Assembly (NCBI GenBank): GCA_951406725.2
Contig: OX597817.1
Coordinates: 172,856,001-172,920,000, forward strand
DNA from: Octopus vulgaris
Lineage: Eukaryota
DNA: 64,000 nucleotides
Direction of reading: 5' to 3'
Part shown: piece by piece, positions 11,606 to 23,909 of the stretch
How the letters are laid out: each line of letters starts with the position of its first letter
Position numbering within the stretch: the stretch's first letter is position 1
Notes under the pieces: generated by a model
What the model was told of the DNA's origin: nothing
Seen by the model: only the letters and a program-made list of their open reading frames with translations
Databases searched by the model: none
Translations under genes and position numbers: made by a program

Positions 11606-11934
11606 GGAAGGTGTTTATAAGACATTTAAAAACACAAAAACAACATTAGATTCACTTCAACATTTAAATCTAATTTGTCAAAATATTTTCGTTGCTTTTA
11701 GACCGCGACCTGTTCACTGACAGATTCCAATGAAGCATGGAATTTTGTCAGTGAACAGGTTGCGGTCTCAAAGTGACGAAAATATTTTAACAAATTAAAT
11801 TTAAAAGTTGAAGTGAATCTAACGGTTTTTGTGCGTTTTTAAATGGCTTATAAACACCTTCAATGCTGCAATTGTTTTTGTTTCAGCACACAATCTCAGA
11901 TCAGGTCACTTGCTATGCAAGTACATCTCCGTAA
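11606..11934 (+). mobile_element. Penelope-like inverted terminal-repeat (foldback) element with 12-bp TSD and variant hammerhead-like motif
   Basis: TAGTTTGATACT is a direct repeat at 11594-11605 and 11935-11946. Inverted arms span 11607-11729 and 11738-11861, followed by a ~70-bp unpaired tail. The motif is TTGTCA-GTGAACAG-GTTGC...GTGAC-GAAAATATTTT. Confidence 0.7.
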
Positions 11935-12349
11935 TAGTTTGATACTATTTGGGAATAGTGCAAGAGAGCTTACAATTCTGATGACAAAAAGCTTAAGTTG
12001 TCATCTAGGTAAGGAAAAAAAAATCATCTTCAAGAAGCCCAGAGTAACACCTCTGCTCAAGCTATACTAACAAAGATCTGAACTCAGCAATACTGTGTAA
12101 TAAATGATACCTTAATGATACTAAGCTGTTGAACAATATACAGTTGCAAACCATGGCTTCTCCTGCACTAGTAATGTGTATCTAGGCAGACTACAATTTT
12201 AATAAATATCTGTAATATAAAACAATGTATTGAATTGCACAAAACCTTGATTGTTCCTCTGATAAGCTAATACTTGAGCCAGTGGAGATTCTACATCCAA
12301 GTAAATATTCTAGTTTATAAAACGATAGCACAGGAAAACTGATGTACAA

Positions 12350-13040
12350 AATTGGTTTCAAATTGTAGCACAAGACCATCAATTGCAAGGAGGGGTTAGT
12401 TGATCAATTTGACCCCAGTACACAACTGGTACATATTTTATCAACCCCAACAGGATGAAAGACAAAATTGACCCCTTTATTCAGAAACATAAGGTCGTAA
12501 AAAATGCCGCTAAGCATTTTTGTCCAATGTGGTTATGATTCTTATTTCTTTACTACCCACAAGGGGCTAAACATAGAGGGGACAAACAAGGACAAAGGGA
12601 TTAAGTCGATTATATCAACCCCAGTGCACAACTGGTACTTATTTAATCGATGCCGAAAGGATGAAAGGCAAAGTCGACCTTGGCGGAATTTGAACTCAGA
12701 ACGTAGCGGCAGATGAAATATCACTAAGAATTTTGCTCGGCGTGCCAACGTTTCTGCCAGCTCGCCGCCTTAAATGTGCTAATGATTCTGGTAGCTCACC
12801 ACTTTAACCAGATGTACAATATTGATTTTAAATTTTGGCACAAGGCAAGTAATTTTGAAGGAGAGAATAAATCGATTACATTGACCCCAGCACTCAACTG
12901 ATACTTATTTTATTGACCCTGTATGAATGAAAGGCAAAGATGACCTCAACAGAACTTGAACTCAAAACATAAAGATGGACGAAATGCTGCTAAACATTTT
13001 GCTTGGTGCAGCAATGAATCTTGCAGCTTGCTGCCTTAAA
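12350..13040 (-). mobile_element. nested and adjacent family B SINE copies
   Basis: A young copy at 12540-12772 interrupts an older copy, with flanks AATGTGGTTATGATTCT / AATGTGCTAATGATTCT. A further copy lies at 12825-13038. Confidence 0.8.
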
Positions 13041-13113
13041 CTGACGTACAATATTGATCGGCAAATGAATAAGCAAATGAAACAAAGTATTGGATAAGGA
13101 AATTGCAACTTAC

Positions 13114-13336
13114 ACATTAGGTTCCAATGTGGTAAGGTCGATAGTGGCTGACCCCATTGAGTCATCATGCATGGCTCGATCATAGTCAAATACCTTTATA
13201 CTAAGTGGCTTTAAAACATCTTCAACTGGGATTGTAAATTTCTCTTCCCAACGAGGATTAAGGTTTTTATATATTATTCGGCTTTTATGAAGTAGTTTAC
13301 TATCAATTTTGAATTTGACATATGGATCACTTGTTC
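13114..13336 (-). CDS. MCTP1: MCTP-like gene, coding exon: core of the C2A domain (GTSDPYVKFKIDSKLLHKSRIIYKNLNPRWEEKF...KVFDYDRAMHDDSMGSATIDLTTLEPNV)
   Basis: Acceptor ctgttttcag, donor GT|gtaagt, 223 nt (phase 1 in, phase 2 out). The motifs SDPYVKFK, KNLNPxWEE and KVFDYDxxxxDDxMG match MCTP C2A, and the Ca2+-coordinating aspartates are retained. The MCTP1 versus MCTP2 label is nominal for an invertebrate. Confidence 0.93.
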
Positions 13337-13473
13337 CTGAAAACAGAAAATATTGTTGCTCTATTATTATGTTTAATGTAAATTCAATAAAAAAAAATTT
13401 TTTTATATTTTTTATTAAAATATAAATCAATAATGAAATAACAAACAATAATTCTATATCTTCAGCACGCTGA

Positions 13474-13824
13474 TTAACCCTTTTTGATTCCAACTTGCCT
13501 GAGATTGCTGCTTGTTCTATGATACAATTTAAAATTTTTAAAGTGGTCTAAATCAAAACATTCCAAAAAAATTTCATGGTTGTTTGTTTCAAACACCAGC
13601 TTATTAATGACAAGGTTATCTTACTAATTGCATAATTTTCAAAATTAATTGAAACAACAGAAACATGATAACAAAAGGGTCAAAATGATGCAAATTTAAA
13701 CTTTCAAACATTTATGTTCATTTATGTTCCAAACAAGTTATTTTACAAAATTCTTTATTATCTTCAAAATTAATTGATACAAAAGCAGAGTATTTCAACA
13801 GAAATATGGTAACAAAAGGATTAA
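13474..13824. mobile_element. TTAA-CCC...GGG-TTAA MITE-like element (piggyBac-type ends), degenerate
   Basis: Begins TTAACCCTTTTTGAT and ends ATAACAAAAGGGTCAA, with the 3' part repeated to GTAACAAAAGGATTAA. Related sequence lies in reverse at ~51150-51372. Confidence 0.5.
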
Positions 13825-14374
13825 AGTAGAAAGGTACAAGTATATTAATACATATGTACTCCCAACTGAAACAATGACTAATGTAATCTACTAATTTTCA
13901 TGGTACCTAAACTAATTTCAACTGCATGTCTTTTGTTGGTTTTTTTTTTTTTATTTTTGATCTGTTATCACATTCACATCTAATTCTCCAAGTTTTTTGC
14001 AACATTATTGAACAAATGAGTTTAATTATGTCTTATTTTCTAAGAAGAGTTATTAACACTGATGGAAAATCTTTTAAAGTGTTAAGCTTATGTAATTCTA
14101 ATGAACCTTTAAATATTTTAGCTTGCTTTTTCTTTGTTGATTTTTTCCCCTTCTGTAATCAAAAAATAAAATAAAATAAAAGCAGAAAAAGTCAAATGAA
14201 AAGTTATAGAGAGACAATAATTTAACAGTAAGAGTATCAAACTCAATGCAATGATAGATTTCAATGGCTTAGATTTGAATTCTTATTCTTATAAATAACC
14301 ATCTTTTCCAATGAATTATTATTCTAAGAATAACAGAGCAGGAGAGAGAACAAAAATGTTACATGACCATATAT

Positions 14375-14774
14375 TACTCTTTACTCTTTTACTTGTTTCA
14401 GTCATTTGACTGCGGCCATGCTGGAGCACCGCCTTTAGTCGAGCAAGTCGACCCCGGGACTTATTTTTTTGTAAGCCCAGTACTTATTCTAACGGTCTCT
14501 TTTGCCGAACCGCTAAGTAACGGGGACATTATCACCCAAGCATCGGTTGTCAAGCAATGCTAGGGGGACAAACACAGACACACACATGCATATATATATA
14601 TACATATATACGATGGGCTTCTTTCAGTTTCTGTCTACCAAATCCACTCACAAGGCTTTGGTGGGCCCGAGGCTATAGTAGAAGACACTTGCCCAAGGTG
14701 CCACGCAGTGGGACTGAACCCGGAACCATGTGGTTGGTAAACAAGCTACTTACCACACAACCACTCCTGCACCT
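14375..14774 (-). mobile_element. family A SINE, full length
   Basis: Reverse-complement match to 5037-5446. Confidence 0.88.
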
Positions 14775-15629
14775 ATATATGGTAGTTTAAATTTTATGGA
14801 TCAGCACCAGGGGTGTGATCCTTTGTTGCCATAAGCATCCTTAATTATAACTGACAAAAGCCACCAAAGGGATAAGCTGGAGATGATGTAGACCTCAAAG
14901 CATTCAAATGGTTCTTTTGTTACAGATCAGCTTGATCAGAAGATACAGAGAAAATAAAAAATTCCAATTCTCCATTCCAAAATCGCAACTGAGCAACAGA
15001 CAGACAGCGGAATTATTTCAAATATTTCACTGATTCTAATTAACAAAATATAAAATTAGGTAGGATTCAATTAGAAAACTGTAATGCACTCAATTTGGTG
15101 ACATATGCAATTTGTTCAAGGAGTCTAACATTGAGCCTTTACTTCAAAATACACCACTCAGAATTCTAAGGTACCAAACTTAGAACTATGAAGCATTTAG
15201 TCCAGCAGTCTGTCGTTAAGCTTTATTTCCACGACTCCACAGTTTCAGATTAGTATTTACTGAATTAACACTTCTCAATTTCTTCTTTTTTAGTTTAATT
15301 TAGTTAGTCCACCCATAAGCAGTTTTCTTCCAGAGTTTTAGATCATTTGCATGTTGGGGGTTTTCCCAGCATCAGTTGATAGCCTGTAGGTCCTGAAAGA
15401 TTTTGTGCCAAGTGGTCCAAAGTCTACATCTTTTTGTTCATCCTGGTGATGTACATCTCACTGCTGTTTCTGGACACTGATGATCTAGCTGTCACAAGAC
15501 GAAAGCAGTCAGTTACTTTCATCATTCTGTTACTCTGTCATTGAGTTTTTACCTCAATGTTCTTCCTAAAACTTCTTAAGTTTTGTTAAAGTGAACAAAA
15601 CACATTAAATAGAAAAAATATTGAAAATT

Positions 15630-16371
15630 TTTATCCTTTACTTGTTTCAGTCATTAGACTGCGGCCAGGCTGGGACAACCCCCAGAAGAATTTTTAGTCA
15701 CATGAATCAACCCAAGTTCTTATTTTTTAAAGCTTGGTACTTACTCTAGCAGTCTCTTATAGCAAACTGCTAAATTATGGGACACACACACACACATACA
15801 GTGGATGCCTTTCAGTTTGTGTCAACCAAATCCACTAAAAAGACTTTGATTAACCTGAGACTATAGTAGAAGATACCTGGTCAAGGTGCCACACAACGAG
15901 ACTAAACCTGGAACTATGTGGTTGGGAAGTAAGCTTCTTCTTATTTCTTTATTGCCCACAAGGGGCTAAACATAGAAGGGACAGACAAGGACAGACAAAG
16001 GGATTAAGTCGATTACATCGACTCCAGTGCATAACTGGTACTTAATTTATTGACCCCGACAAGATGAAAGGCTAAGTCGACCTCGGCAGAATTTGAACTC
16101 AGAGCGTAACAGCAGATGAAATACCTATTTCTTTATTACCCACAAGGGGATAAACAAGGATAGACAAAGGTATTAAGTCTATTACATCGACCCCAGTGTG
16201 TAACTGGTACTTAATTTATCGACCCTGAAAGGATGAAAGCAAAGTCAACCTCGGCGGAATTTGAACTCAGAACATAACGGCAGACGAAATACTGCTAAGC
16301 ATTTTGCCTGGCATGCTACCGTTTCTGCCAGCTTGCTGCCTTCTTCTTACCACACAGCCATGCCTGTGCCT
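15630..16371 (-). mobile_element. family A SINE interrupted by a family B SINE dimer (15938-16342)
   Basis: Family A sequence stops at GGGAAGTAAGCTTCTTCTTA and resumes at CTTCTTCTTACCACACAGCC, a TSD-like repeat. Confidence 0.8.
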
Positions 16372-16454
16372 ATGTGAATATTTTTAAAATAAAATCAACA
16401 ATACTATCAAATTTTTAAGATGTATTACTTGGTACTAGAAAGTTCTTTTTTTAT

Positions 16455-16787
16455 CGCCTGGCCTCCGTGCCGGTGGCATGTAAAAAGCACCATCCGATCG
16501 TGGCCGTTTGCCAGCATCGCCTGGCCCCGTGCCGGTGACACGTAAAAGCACCATCCGTTCGTGGCCGTTTGCCAGCTCTGTCTGGCACCTGTGCAGGTGG
16601 CACGTAAAAAGCACCCACTACACTCATGGAGTGGTTGGCGTTAGGAAGGGCATCCAGCCATAGAAACATTGCCAGATCAGACTGGGCCTGGTGCAGCCTT
16701 CTGGCTTCCCAGACCCCAGTTGCACCATCCAACCCATCCCAGCATGGAAAGCGGACGCTAAACGATGATGATGATGATGATGATGAC
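16455..16787 (+). mobile_element. RTE 3'UTR-type short element with internal GCCGGTGGCACGTAAAAAGCACC repeats and (GAT)n tail
   Basis: Highly similar to 39970-40243, 54660-55010 and 25335-25580 (minus). Confidence 0.85.
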
Positions 16788-17250
16788 CTAAGAGATGTAA
16801 AATTTTCATAAGAACAAATGGAAGTGTTTTTTAGTCTTAAAGTATTAAGATGTATTCTAAGAGGCAATGTTTTGACTTAGCTAAAATCAATAGAACTTTC
16901 TCAGAAGTTAACTTATCTTCATAGTTTACTGTAAGGTACTTATGAATAATTTCTGCATACAAAAATCCCAAATTTACATATAAAATCCCAATCTATTTTA
17001 TACATTAACAATTACAACCCATTTCATACATAAGTTATTCATGCTAAATATTTAATCTTTAATCTTTAATCTTTTACTTTGATTCAATCATTAGAATCTG
17101 AGGCCATGCTGGGGCACCGCTTTGAAGGTATTTATGTTTTACTTTTTAAAGTTTGATACTTATTCTATTGGTCTCTTTGCCAAACTAGAGTTATAGAAAT
17201 TTAAACAAATCAACACTGGTTGTCAAGTGGTGGGAACAACAAGCACAAAG

Positions 17251-17326
<76 letters not shown>

Positions 17327-17381
17327 CATTATTGGTGAATTGAAGAAATGGAGCTGAACGCAGATTGAACAGAAATCGTTT

Positions 17382-17475
17382 TATTTCATTCTACACGTGT
17401 TTCGAAAGGCACAAATTACCAAAATCCGATTGAATAATGGGACCATATTGTGTCTTTCTCTTCAGGAAGAAAATA
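17382..17475 (-). ncRNA. mirror-image type I hammerhead ribozyme motif on the MCTP sense strand
   Basis: Reverse complement of 17508-17601. The two arm differences fall in distal stem II/loop, and the core is intact. Confidence 0.83.
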
Positions 17476-17507
17476 GGAAATCCGTTGGAAAAACAAAACG
17501 GATTTCC

Positions 17508-17601
17508 TATTTTCTTCCTGAAGAGAAAGACACAATATGGTCCCATTATTCCATCGGATTTTGGGAATTTGTGCCTTTCGAAACACGTGTAGAATGAAAT
17601 A
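17508..17601 (+). ncRNA. type I hammerhead ribozyme motif (minimal palindromic stem III, Penelope type)
   Basis: Stem I TATTTTCTTC/GAATGAAATA. Core CTGAAGA at 17518-17524. Stem II GAAAGACACAA/TTGTGCCTTTC. GAAA at 17580-17583. Stem III is the palindrome ACACGTGT. Predicted cleavage after GUA at 17591. Confidence 0.85.
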
Positions 17602-17808
17602 AAACGATTTCTGTTCAATCTGCGTTCAGCTCCATTTCTTCAATTCACCAATAATGTTCTAATTTCAATTATCCGCACCAACGCACGGTTGCAACCCCAT
17701 ATGGTTGTACCTCCAACCGTGCTGTTTTACTGCTGTGATTTTTGCTACTAAGGTATCGGTTAAACTTTTGATTAATCTACTACAAGATTATTCATCTTTC
17801 TATTTCAC

Positions 17809-17863
<55 letters not shown>

Positions 17864-18169
17864 GCACACACACACACACACACACACACTCACAAATAAA
17901 AAGTAATTTTATCTGCACTTAAAAGTAGATGTGTTAGAACACAAAATACTGTGATAGTTACCATGAGAGTAACTCAGGTTTCTTGTGCATATAAGCACTC
18001 TTATTTACATTGCTAGTGAGGAGATGAATCATCCACTATTGACACTGCTGAGACTATTAGATCACAATATTTAGACCTACTCTGGCCTTGCCAATGGTAG
18101 ACACTAACACAAAATCCACTTTTAAGTGGAGATAAATATCACCTTTCAGTATTAATATTGTTTCTGTTG

Positions 18170-18603
18170 GAAGGTGGTGAGCTGGCAGAAACGTTAGTGC
18201 ACCGGGCTAAATGCTTAACGGCATTTCGTCTGCCGTTATGTTCTGAGTTCAAATTCCGCCGAGGTCAACATCGCCTTTCATCCTTTCGGGGTCAATAAAT
18301 TAAGTACCAGTTACACACTGGGGTCGATGTAATTGACTTAATCCCTTTGTCTGTCTGTGTTTGTCCCCTCTATGTTTAGCCTGTTATGGGCAATAAAGAA
18401 ATAAGAAACATTAGCACACCGGGTAAAATGCTTAGAAGTATTTCGTTTGTCTTTACGTTCTGAGTTCAAATTCCGCCGAGGTCAACTTTGCCTTTCATCC
18501 TTTTGGGATTGATAAATTAAGTACCAGTTGCATACTGGGGTCGATCTAATCGACTGCTCCCCTCCCCCAAAATTTCAGGCCTTGTGCCTAGAGTAGGAAA
18601 GAA
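18170..18603 (+). mobile_element. family B SINE dimer with TSD-like flanks
   Basis: Two GAGTTCAAATTCCGCCGAGGTC units. Flanks are AATATTGTTTCTGTTG / AATACTGTTTCTGTTG. Confidence 0.85.
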
Positions 18604-18856
18604 TACTGTTTCTGTTGCTGATAATTATTATCTAATAAATATGTATGTATATGACTGGTTAATCCACAGTTCCTGCAGGCTAAATTCATTCACAGGGCAT
18701 TGGTTGGCCCAGGGCTATAGTAGAAGACACTTGTCCAGGGTGCCACATAATTGCACTGAACCTGAAACCATATAATTGAAAAACAAACTTCTTAAGCACA
18801 AAACTAGCCACACATTCAGTGGTGTTGGAGGTTAAATAATTTATTAATCTGCTTCT

Positions 18857-19184
18857 GTGAAGGCGCATGGCTCAGTGGTTAGGGGCATTCGGCTCACGAT
18901 CGTAAGGTCGTGAGTTCAATTCCTGGTGGCGTGTTGTGTCCTTGAGCAAGGCACTTTACTTCACGTTGCTCCAGTCCACTCAGCTGGAAAAAATGAGTAG
19001 TACCTGTATTTCAAAGGGCCAGCCTTTTCACTCTCTGTGTCACGCTGAATCTCCCCGAGAACTATGTTAAGGGTACATGTGTTTGTGGAGTGCTCAGCCA
19101 CTTACACGTTAATTTCACAAGCAAGCTGTTCCGTTGATCGTATCTGCTGGGACCCTCGTCATCGAAACCAATGGAGTGCTCCCC
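18857..19184 (+). mobile_element. tRNA-derived SINE, family C (central GTGTCCTTGAGCAAGGCACTT domain) with 12-bp TSD
   Basis: A-box TGGCTCAGTGG and B-box GAGTTCAATTCC. TAATCTGCTTCT occurs at 18845-18856 and 19185-19196. Confidence 0.85.
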
Positions 19185-19249
19185 TAATCTGCTTCTAATA
19201 CAATTCTTAGCACTATATATTTTTCATCACAAGAGGATTTTTTCCTTTG

Positions 19250-19442
19250 TTCCTTTACTTCTTTCAGTCATTTGTCTGTGGCCATGCTGGAGCACCGCCT
19301 TTAGTCAAGCAAATCAACCCCAGGACTTATTCTTTGTAAGCCTAGTACTTATTCTATCGGTCTCTTTTGCTGAACTGCTAAGTCACGGGGACGTAAACAC
19401 ACCAGCATCGGTTGTCAAGCGATGTTGGGGGGACAAACACAG

Positions 19443-19515
<73 letters not shown>

Positions 19516-19677
19516 CGACAGGCTCCTTTCAGTTTCCATCTACCAAATCCACTCACAAGGCTTTGGTCAGCCCAAAACTATAGTAGAAGACACTTGCCCA
19601 AGGTGCCACGCAGTGGGACAGAACCCGGAACCATGTTGTTGATAAGCAAGTTTCTTACCACACAGCCACTCCTGCAC
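19250..19677 (-). mobile_element. family A SINE
   Basis: Reverse-complement match to the family A sequence, with an internal (CA)n(TA)n tract. Confidence 0.87.
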
Positions 19678-20246
19678 CATGAAAACTAAAGTTAATCTTA
19701 GTTGGTCTCAAAAGTCATTAATTATAAAAGGAAAGAGACTTAGCACTGCAATGCAATAAAGCTAATGCCTTACACTCATGCAGCATATCATCCCTCTTTA
19801 TGTTCTGAGTTCAAATCCTACCGAGGTGCACTTTACCTTTCGTTCTTTTGGGGTTGATAAAATGAGTACCAGTGGAGCACTAGGGTTGATGTAATCGACT
19901 TACTCACTACCCCAACATTGCTGGCCTTGAGCCAAAATTTGAAACTAATATCTAGTTACACTCTGGGTTCAACTCTGGCCAAGGGAACTTTATCTTTCAT
20001 CCTTCTCATGTTAATGAAAATAGAGTACCAGTCAAGTACTTAGTGGCAATTTAACTGATGAAACCCTTCCAGAAAATGTGTGGTCGTGTGTCAAGGTTAA
20101 AGGAAAAAATCAATATTAGCGTCAGAAAATAGACTGCTTCCCATTATAGAACACAAGAAGGTTTTCTTATACCAGATGCAATATATCTGCATCTCTATAC
20201 TGCTGCCGGTGCTACTGCCACCACTACTGCTACTTGCTTCTTCATG

Positions 20247-20284
<38 letters not shown>

Positions 20285-20917
20285 AAAAACAAGTCATAAT
20301 TCATTCAAGATCCTCGGATAATTATCATGTAATTCAGTATCTTTAGATGACCAATTTTATTTTGTTAGCACATGATGGACTACAATTAGAAGCTGATTTA
20401 TGAATCTGCGTTTGTTATTCTCTGGTTAAACAGTTCTAATTTGAAGTTGTCCTCTGTTGCAAAATAATCATTATGTCGGCTTCATTACAATTTGAGTGAT
20501 ACAAATGATATGTTGATGTGGGTTGTACCGTATTCCTCTCCACAACCAACCCCACCATCTACTGCACTAAATACTTTGTTAGCTTGGCTTTCTTTGACAT
20601 TGAGTAATTTTAGAGGAATTTTAATATCTATTTTAAGCATCATTATAACATCTATTTTGCTGTGTTGTGATGTGCTGGATGGGTTGACTGTATATATTTA
20701 TTTGTTTCACATTTGTCTTTCCATGATAACATAGGCCTAGAAGAAGAATATTATTGAGGCATCATTTTACAGCCGAATGCCCTTCCTGTTGCTAACCATT
20801 ACCTGTTTCTCAAGCAAGGGAACTCTTATTACACAGCTTCAAAAGGACAAAGTCAATGAATGATTTGTTGACAGGAGAAATAACTACACTGTCACTACTT
20901 GCATCCCAGTGACTTTA

Positions 20918-21322
20918 TAATGATAATAATGAAATTATTGTATACAGTGCTCAGGTGCACCATAACTTGTCAAAAGTGCATATAAAACATATGCAGTAAT
21001 GTACAAATGTCTGGAAAGCGAACCGTGTATGAGTCAGATACATGCTTGCGTGTGTTTGGGGGAGGGGAGAAAATCAGGTGTAGTGTTGGCAAATCTCAGA
21101 AAGCATGGAAGTTTTGAAGGATGCAGTGCTCCGACAACTAACAACTGATGCTGGCAGTTTGTTCCATGCTTCAGCAACTCTTAGCGCGAGAAAATGTTTC
21201 CGAAAGTCATGGTAGTTGTGCTGTTTTATGACTTTGTAAATATGTCCACGGGTGTCAGATGGGTGGAGTTTGAAAAGGTGCTCAGTGTTATTGTTTGTAA
21301 GATGATTAATAATTTTATGGGT
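20918..21322 (-). mobile_element. 3' end of a CR1-group LINE
   Basis: Reverse-complement homolog of 51845-52287 (RVAEAWNKLPASVVSCRS...). (ATT)n tail. Confidence 0.75.
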
Positions 21323-21499
21323 GTTTTATGGAGAATCACAAATGTAAACAAACAAACGTGCACATCTTTACATATTTTTTTTTTATCATGTCATGTGTGA
21401 AACCCATATCCTGAAATTTAACCGTACCACTTCTCATGTTTTTATTTCTCTTCTTCTACTAAAAATACTTTCTACTGGCATGAACTAAACATTTCCATT

Positions 21500-21946
21500 T
21501 AGAATGGAAGGAAACTGTGGAAGAGGTAGACCCAGGAAGATATGGGACAAAGTGGTGAGGTATGATCTTTGGATGTTGAGTCTCACAGAGGTGATGACAA
21601 GTGATCAAAACCTTTGGTGATTTGCAGTGCTTGAGAAGATACATGAAGCTAAGCTAAATTGTAGTTGCGGCAGTACCTTTGACATGCCGGAGATAGGTAA
21701 AAGGCACTTGTGCCAGAGGCATGTAAATGGCACCTGTTCAAGTGACATGTAAAAGGTACCCATGCTGGTGACACATAAAAGTAATCCACTATACACTGGG
21801 GAGCGGTTGGCATTAGGAAGGGCATCCAGCCACAGAAACCAAGCCAAAATAGACTTGAGCCTGGTGCAGTTTACCAGTTCCAGTCAGACCATCTAACCTA
21901 TGCCAGCATAAAAAACAGATACTAAATGATGATGATGATGATGATG
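21500..21946 (+). mobile_element. RTE LINE 3' fragment: ORF end, 3'UTR and (GAT)n tail
   Basis: Translates as CGRGRPRKIWDKVVRYDLWMLSLTEVMTSDQNLW*FAVLEK, followed by ~26-bp GTGxCAyrTAAAA repeats and the shared tail. Confidence 0.8.
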
Positions 21947-23499
21947 AATTCCATGTCTCTTTATGTATATCACATGTTCATACCAGCACAGTCATTTCTC
22001 CTGTATACACAGGCTGATACTTTTAATGCCTCATTCAATCTCCAAATTCATTTGTATTCTGCTCTTCATACAGATTGATGTTACAAATCCATCATGTGAA
22101 GCTCTTTAAATTTCTCTTCAGCCCCTGCAGATTTTCTATATCGAACGTTCTGGTCTAACTATGAGGCATAATCATATTTCTTACATTAACTTCAAACAGC
22201 CTTCTTTTAGCTATTAACAAAGGTATTAGCATCATGGATTTTATTTTTTCTTATTTTCACTATAACCACCTCCAAGATACAATACTCACAGTTATGCCGA
22301 TAATACCACACTTCGATCTTCCTTAACATTTTGCATACAAGCATCATCAATATACACCCTAAACACATCATTCCAGACTTGTACAGCTTCTATGAGCAGA
22401 GACTGTAAGAATAGCCTTCAATGGCAACATGACATCGACACTTCTTCAAAGTACAAAGACACAATCACTACATATATTAAAGAAACAGTCTTGTGCCATC
22501 CTCAGATTATATATACATACATAGACACACACACTATATATATATATATATGTATGTATGTATATTTGGTTAATATTATACATATAATATTTCAAGCTAC
22601 AAACCACTTAAAGCAGCTACAAATACAAGGCCTTGATATTGCCAATAATTATTGAAATCTCCAATAATTGCATAAAATAAATCTGCTTTTAAACAGTTTC
22701 TGGTTCCTCTGTTTCCTCGTTAGGTTATTGATAATTTGTATCAGCAGCACTGACTTCATTATCGTAAAGACATTTGTCATTGTCAGAATTCAATGATTCC
22801 TGCAATAGTTATTTTAATGTTCTTTTGCTCTTGGGATATGGTATGCAGAAATCACATCACTGTGTGGTTGAGGAGTTCGCTTTTCAGCCACAAGGTTTCT
22901 GGATTCAGTTCCATTCTACAACACATTTGGAAAGTGCTTTTTACTATAACCTTGGACCAACCAAAGCTTTGTGACTGAATTTGGGAGCGGAGAACCAAAG
23001 GACCATCATTCGTATGTGTGTGTGCATGTGTGAGTAAGATTTACCCCTCAATTACATTACTCCTAGGTCCATTCTGACATGGAACAGTAGTACCTGTCAA
23101 GGAACCATACATGAGTTAAATAGATTTCCTAGGGGTAGAGGCAGCTCCCTTTATTTTTGTGAAAGTTACAAGGAAGGCAGCACTTCTAGGCGAAAGATAT
23201 TTTGACATAAAACTTGCAGTCAAAATTGTATCAATCATCTTCCAATGCTTGTGACTGGAACCTGCTACGACAGCCAAGAGAGTGGCAAAAGTGTTATACA
23301 AGCTTTTGTCATTTAAACCCGTTGATGTACAGATGTCTCATTATTGCTTCATTTCCTGATCTGTTGTGTATTTTTTAGTCCTACAGTAATGGACGTGTAG
23401 CATGAAATGTCATATCCACACATGTGTAAGCATGAAAGCAAATCAGAACAATCAGGCTAAATAGTTGATGGCTATCATCTGACAAGATGAAGCAATCAC

Positions 23500-23544
<45 letters not shown>

Positions 23545-23909
23545 GTGTATCTATCTACAATCACTCATATACAAAAATGCAGTGATCTGCATTGCTTTCA
23601 GTTGCTTCTGTCAAGAAACCATCGAGGTGCTTCATGCCTTTGAAGATGTGTGGGGTAAGTGATCCCTAAGTTGAAATTCAAGTAAGGATTAATATCAGGA
23701 AAGGTTTCCAGCTGTAAGACAATGGCTCAACATATTTGTCTAACCCATGCAAGCAAGAATGAGAAAGAAGAAAAACAGGAGAGCTTAGCAAAATATGTTC
23801 TGAGACATTCATTAAGAAATATTTAAGCATCATGAAACAGAGACAACACAGTTATGTACTAATTCCACAGATAATCTTTATCCTAAGCAATACATTCTTT
23901 GGACACAAC

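Larger units (their letters stand above)
17325..17810 (+). mobile_element. Penelope-like inverted pLTR element inserted in (TA)n
   Basis: Inverted arms 17325-17486 and 17497-17658 are 162 bp each with 2 mismatches and a 10-nt loop. A ~150-bp tail follows that is homologous to 62900-63050 (minus). (TA)n lies on both sides. Confidence 0.85.

Noticed and set aside
13337-13493. N-terminal extension of the 127-aa C2 ORF
   Set aside because: It is AT-rich intron read-through upstream of the acceptor at 13337-13338. The true upstream sequence comes from exon 34448-34343.
17391-17618. Mirror ORFs of 75 and 66 aa on opposite strands
   Set aside because: By-products of the palindrome, with no protein motif.
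18860-18930. tRNA gene (also 52960-53030 and the family A/B heads)
   Set aside because: A/B boxes are present, but there is no complete cloverleaf. The sequence continues into a SINE body bounded by TSDs.
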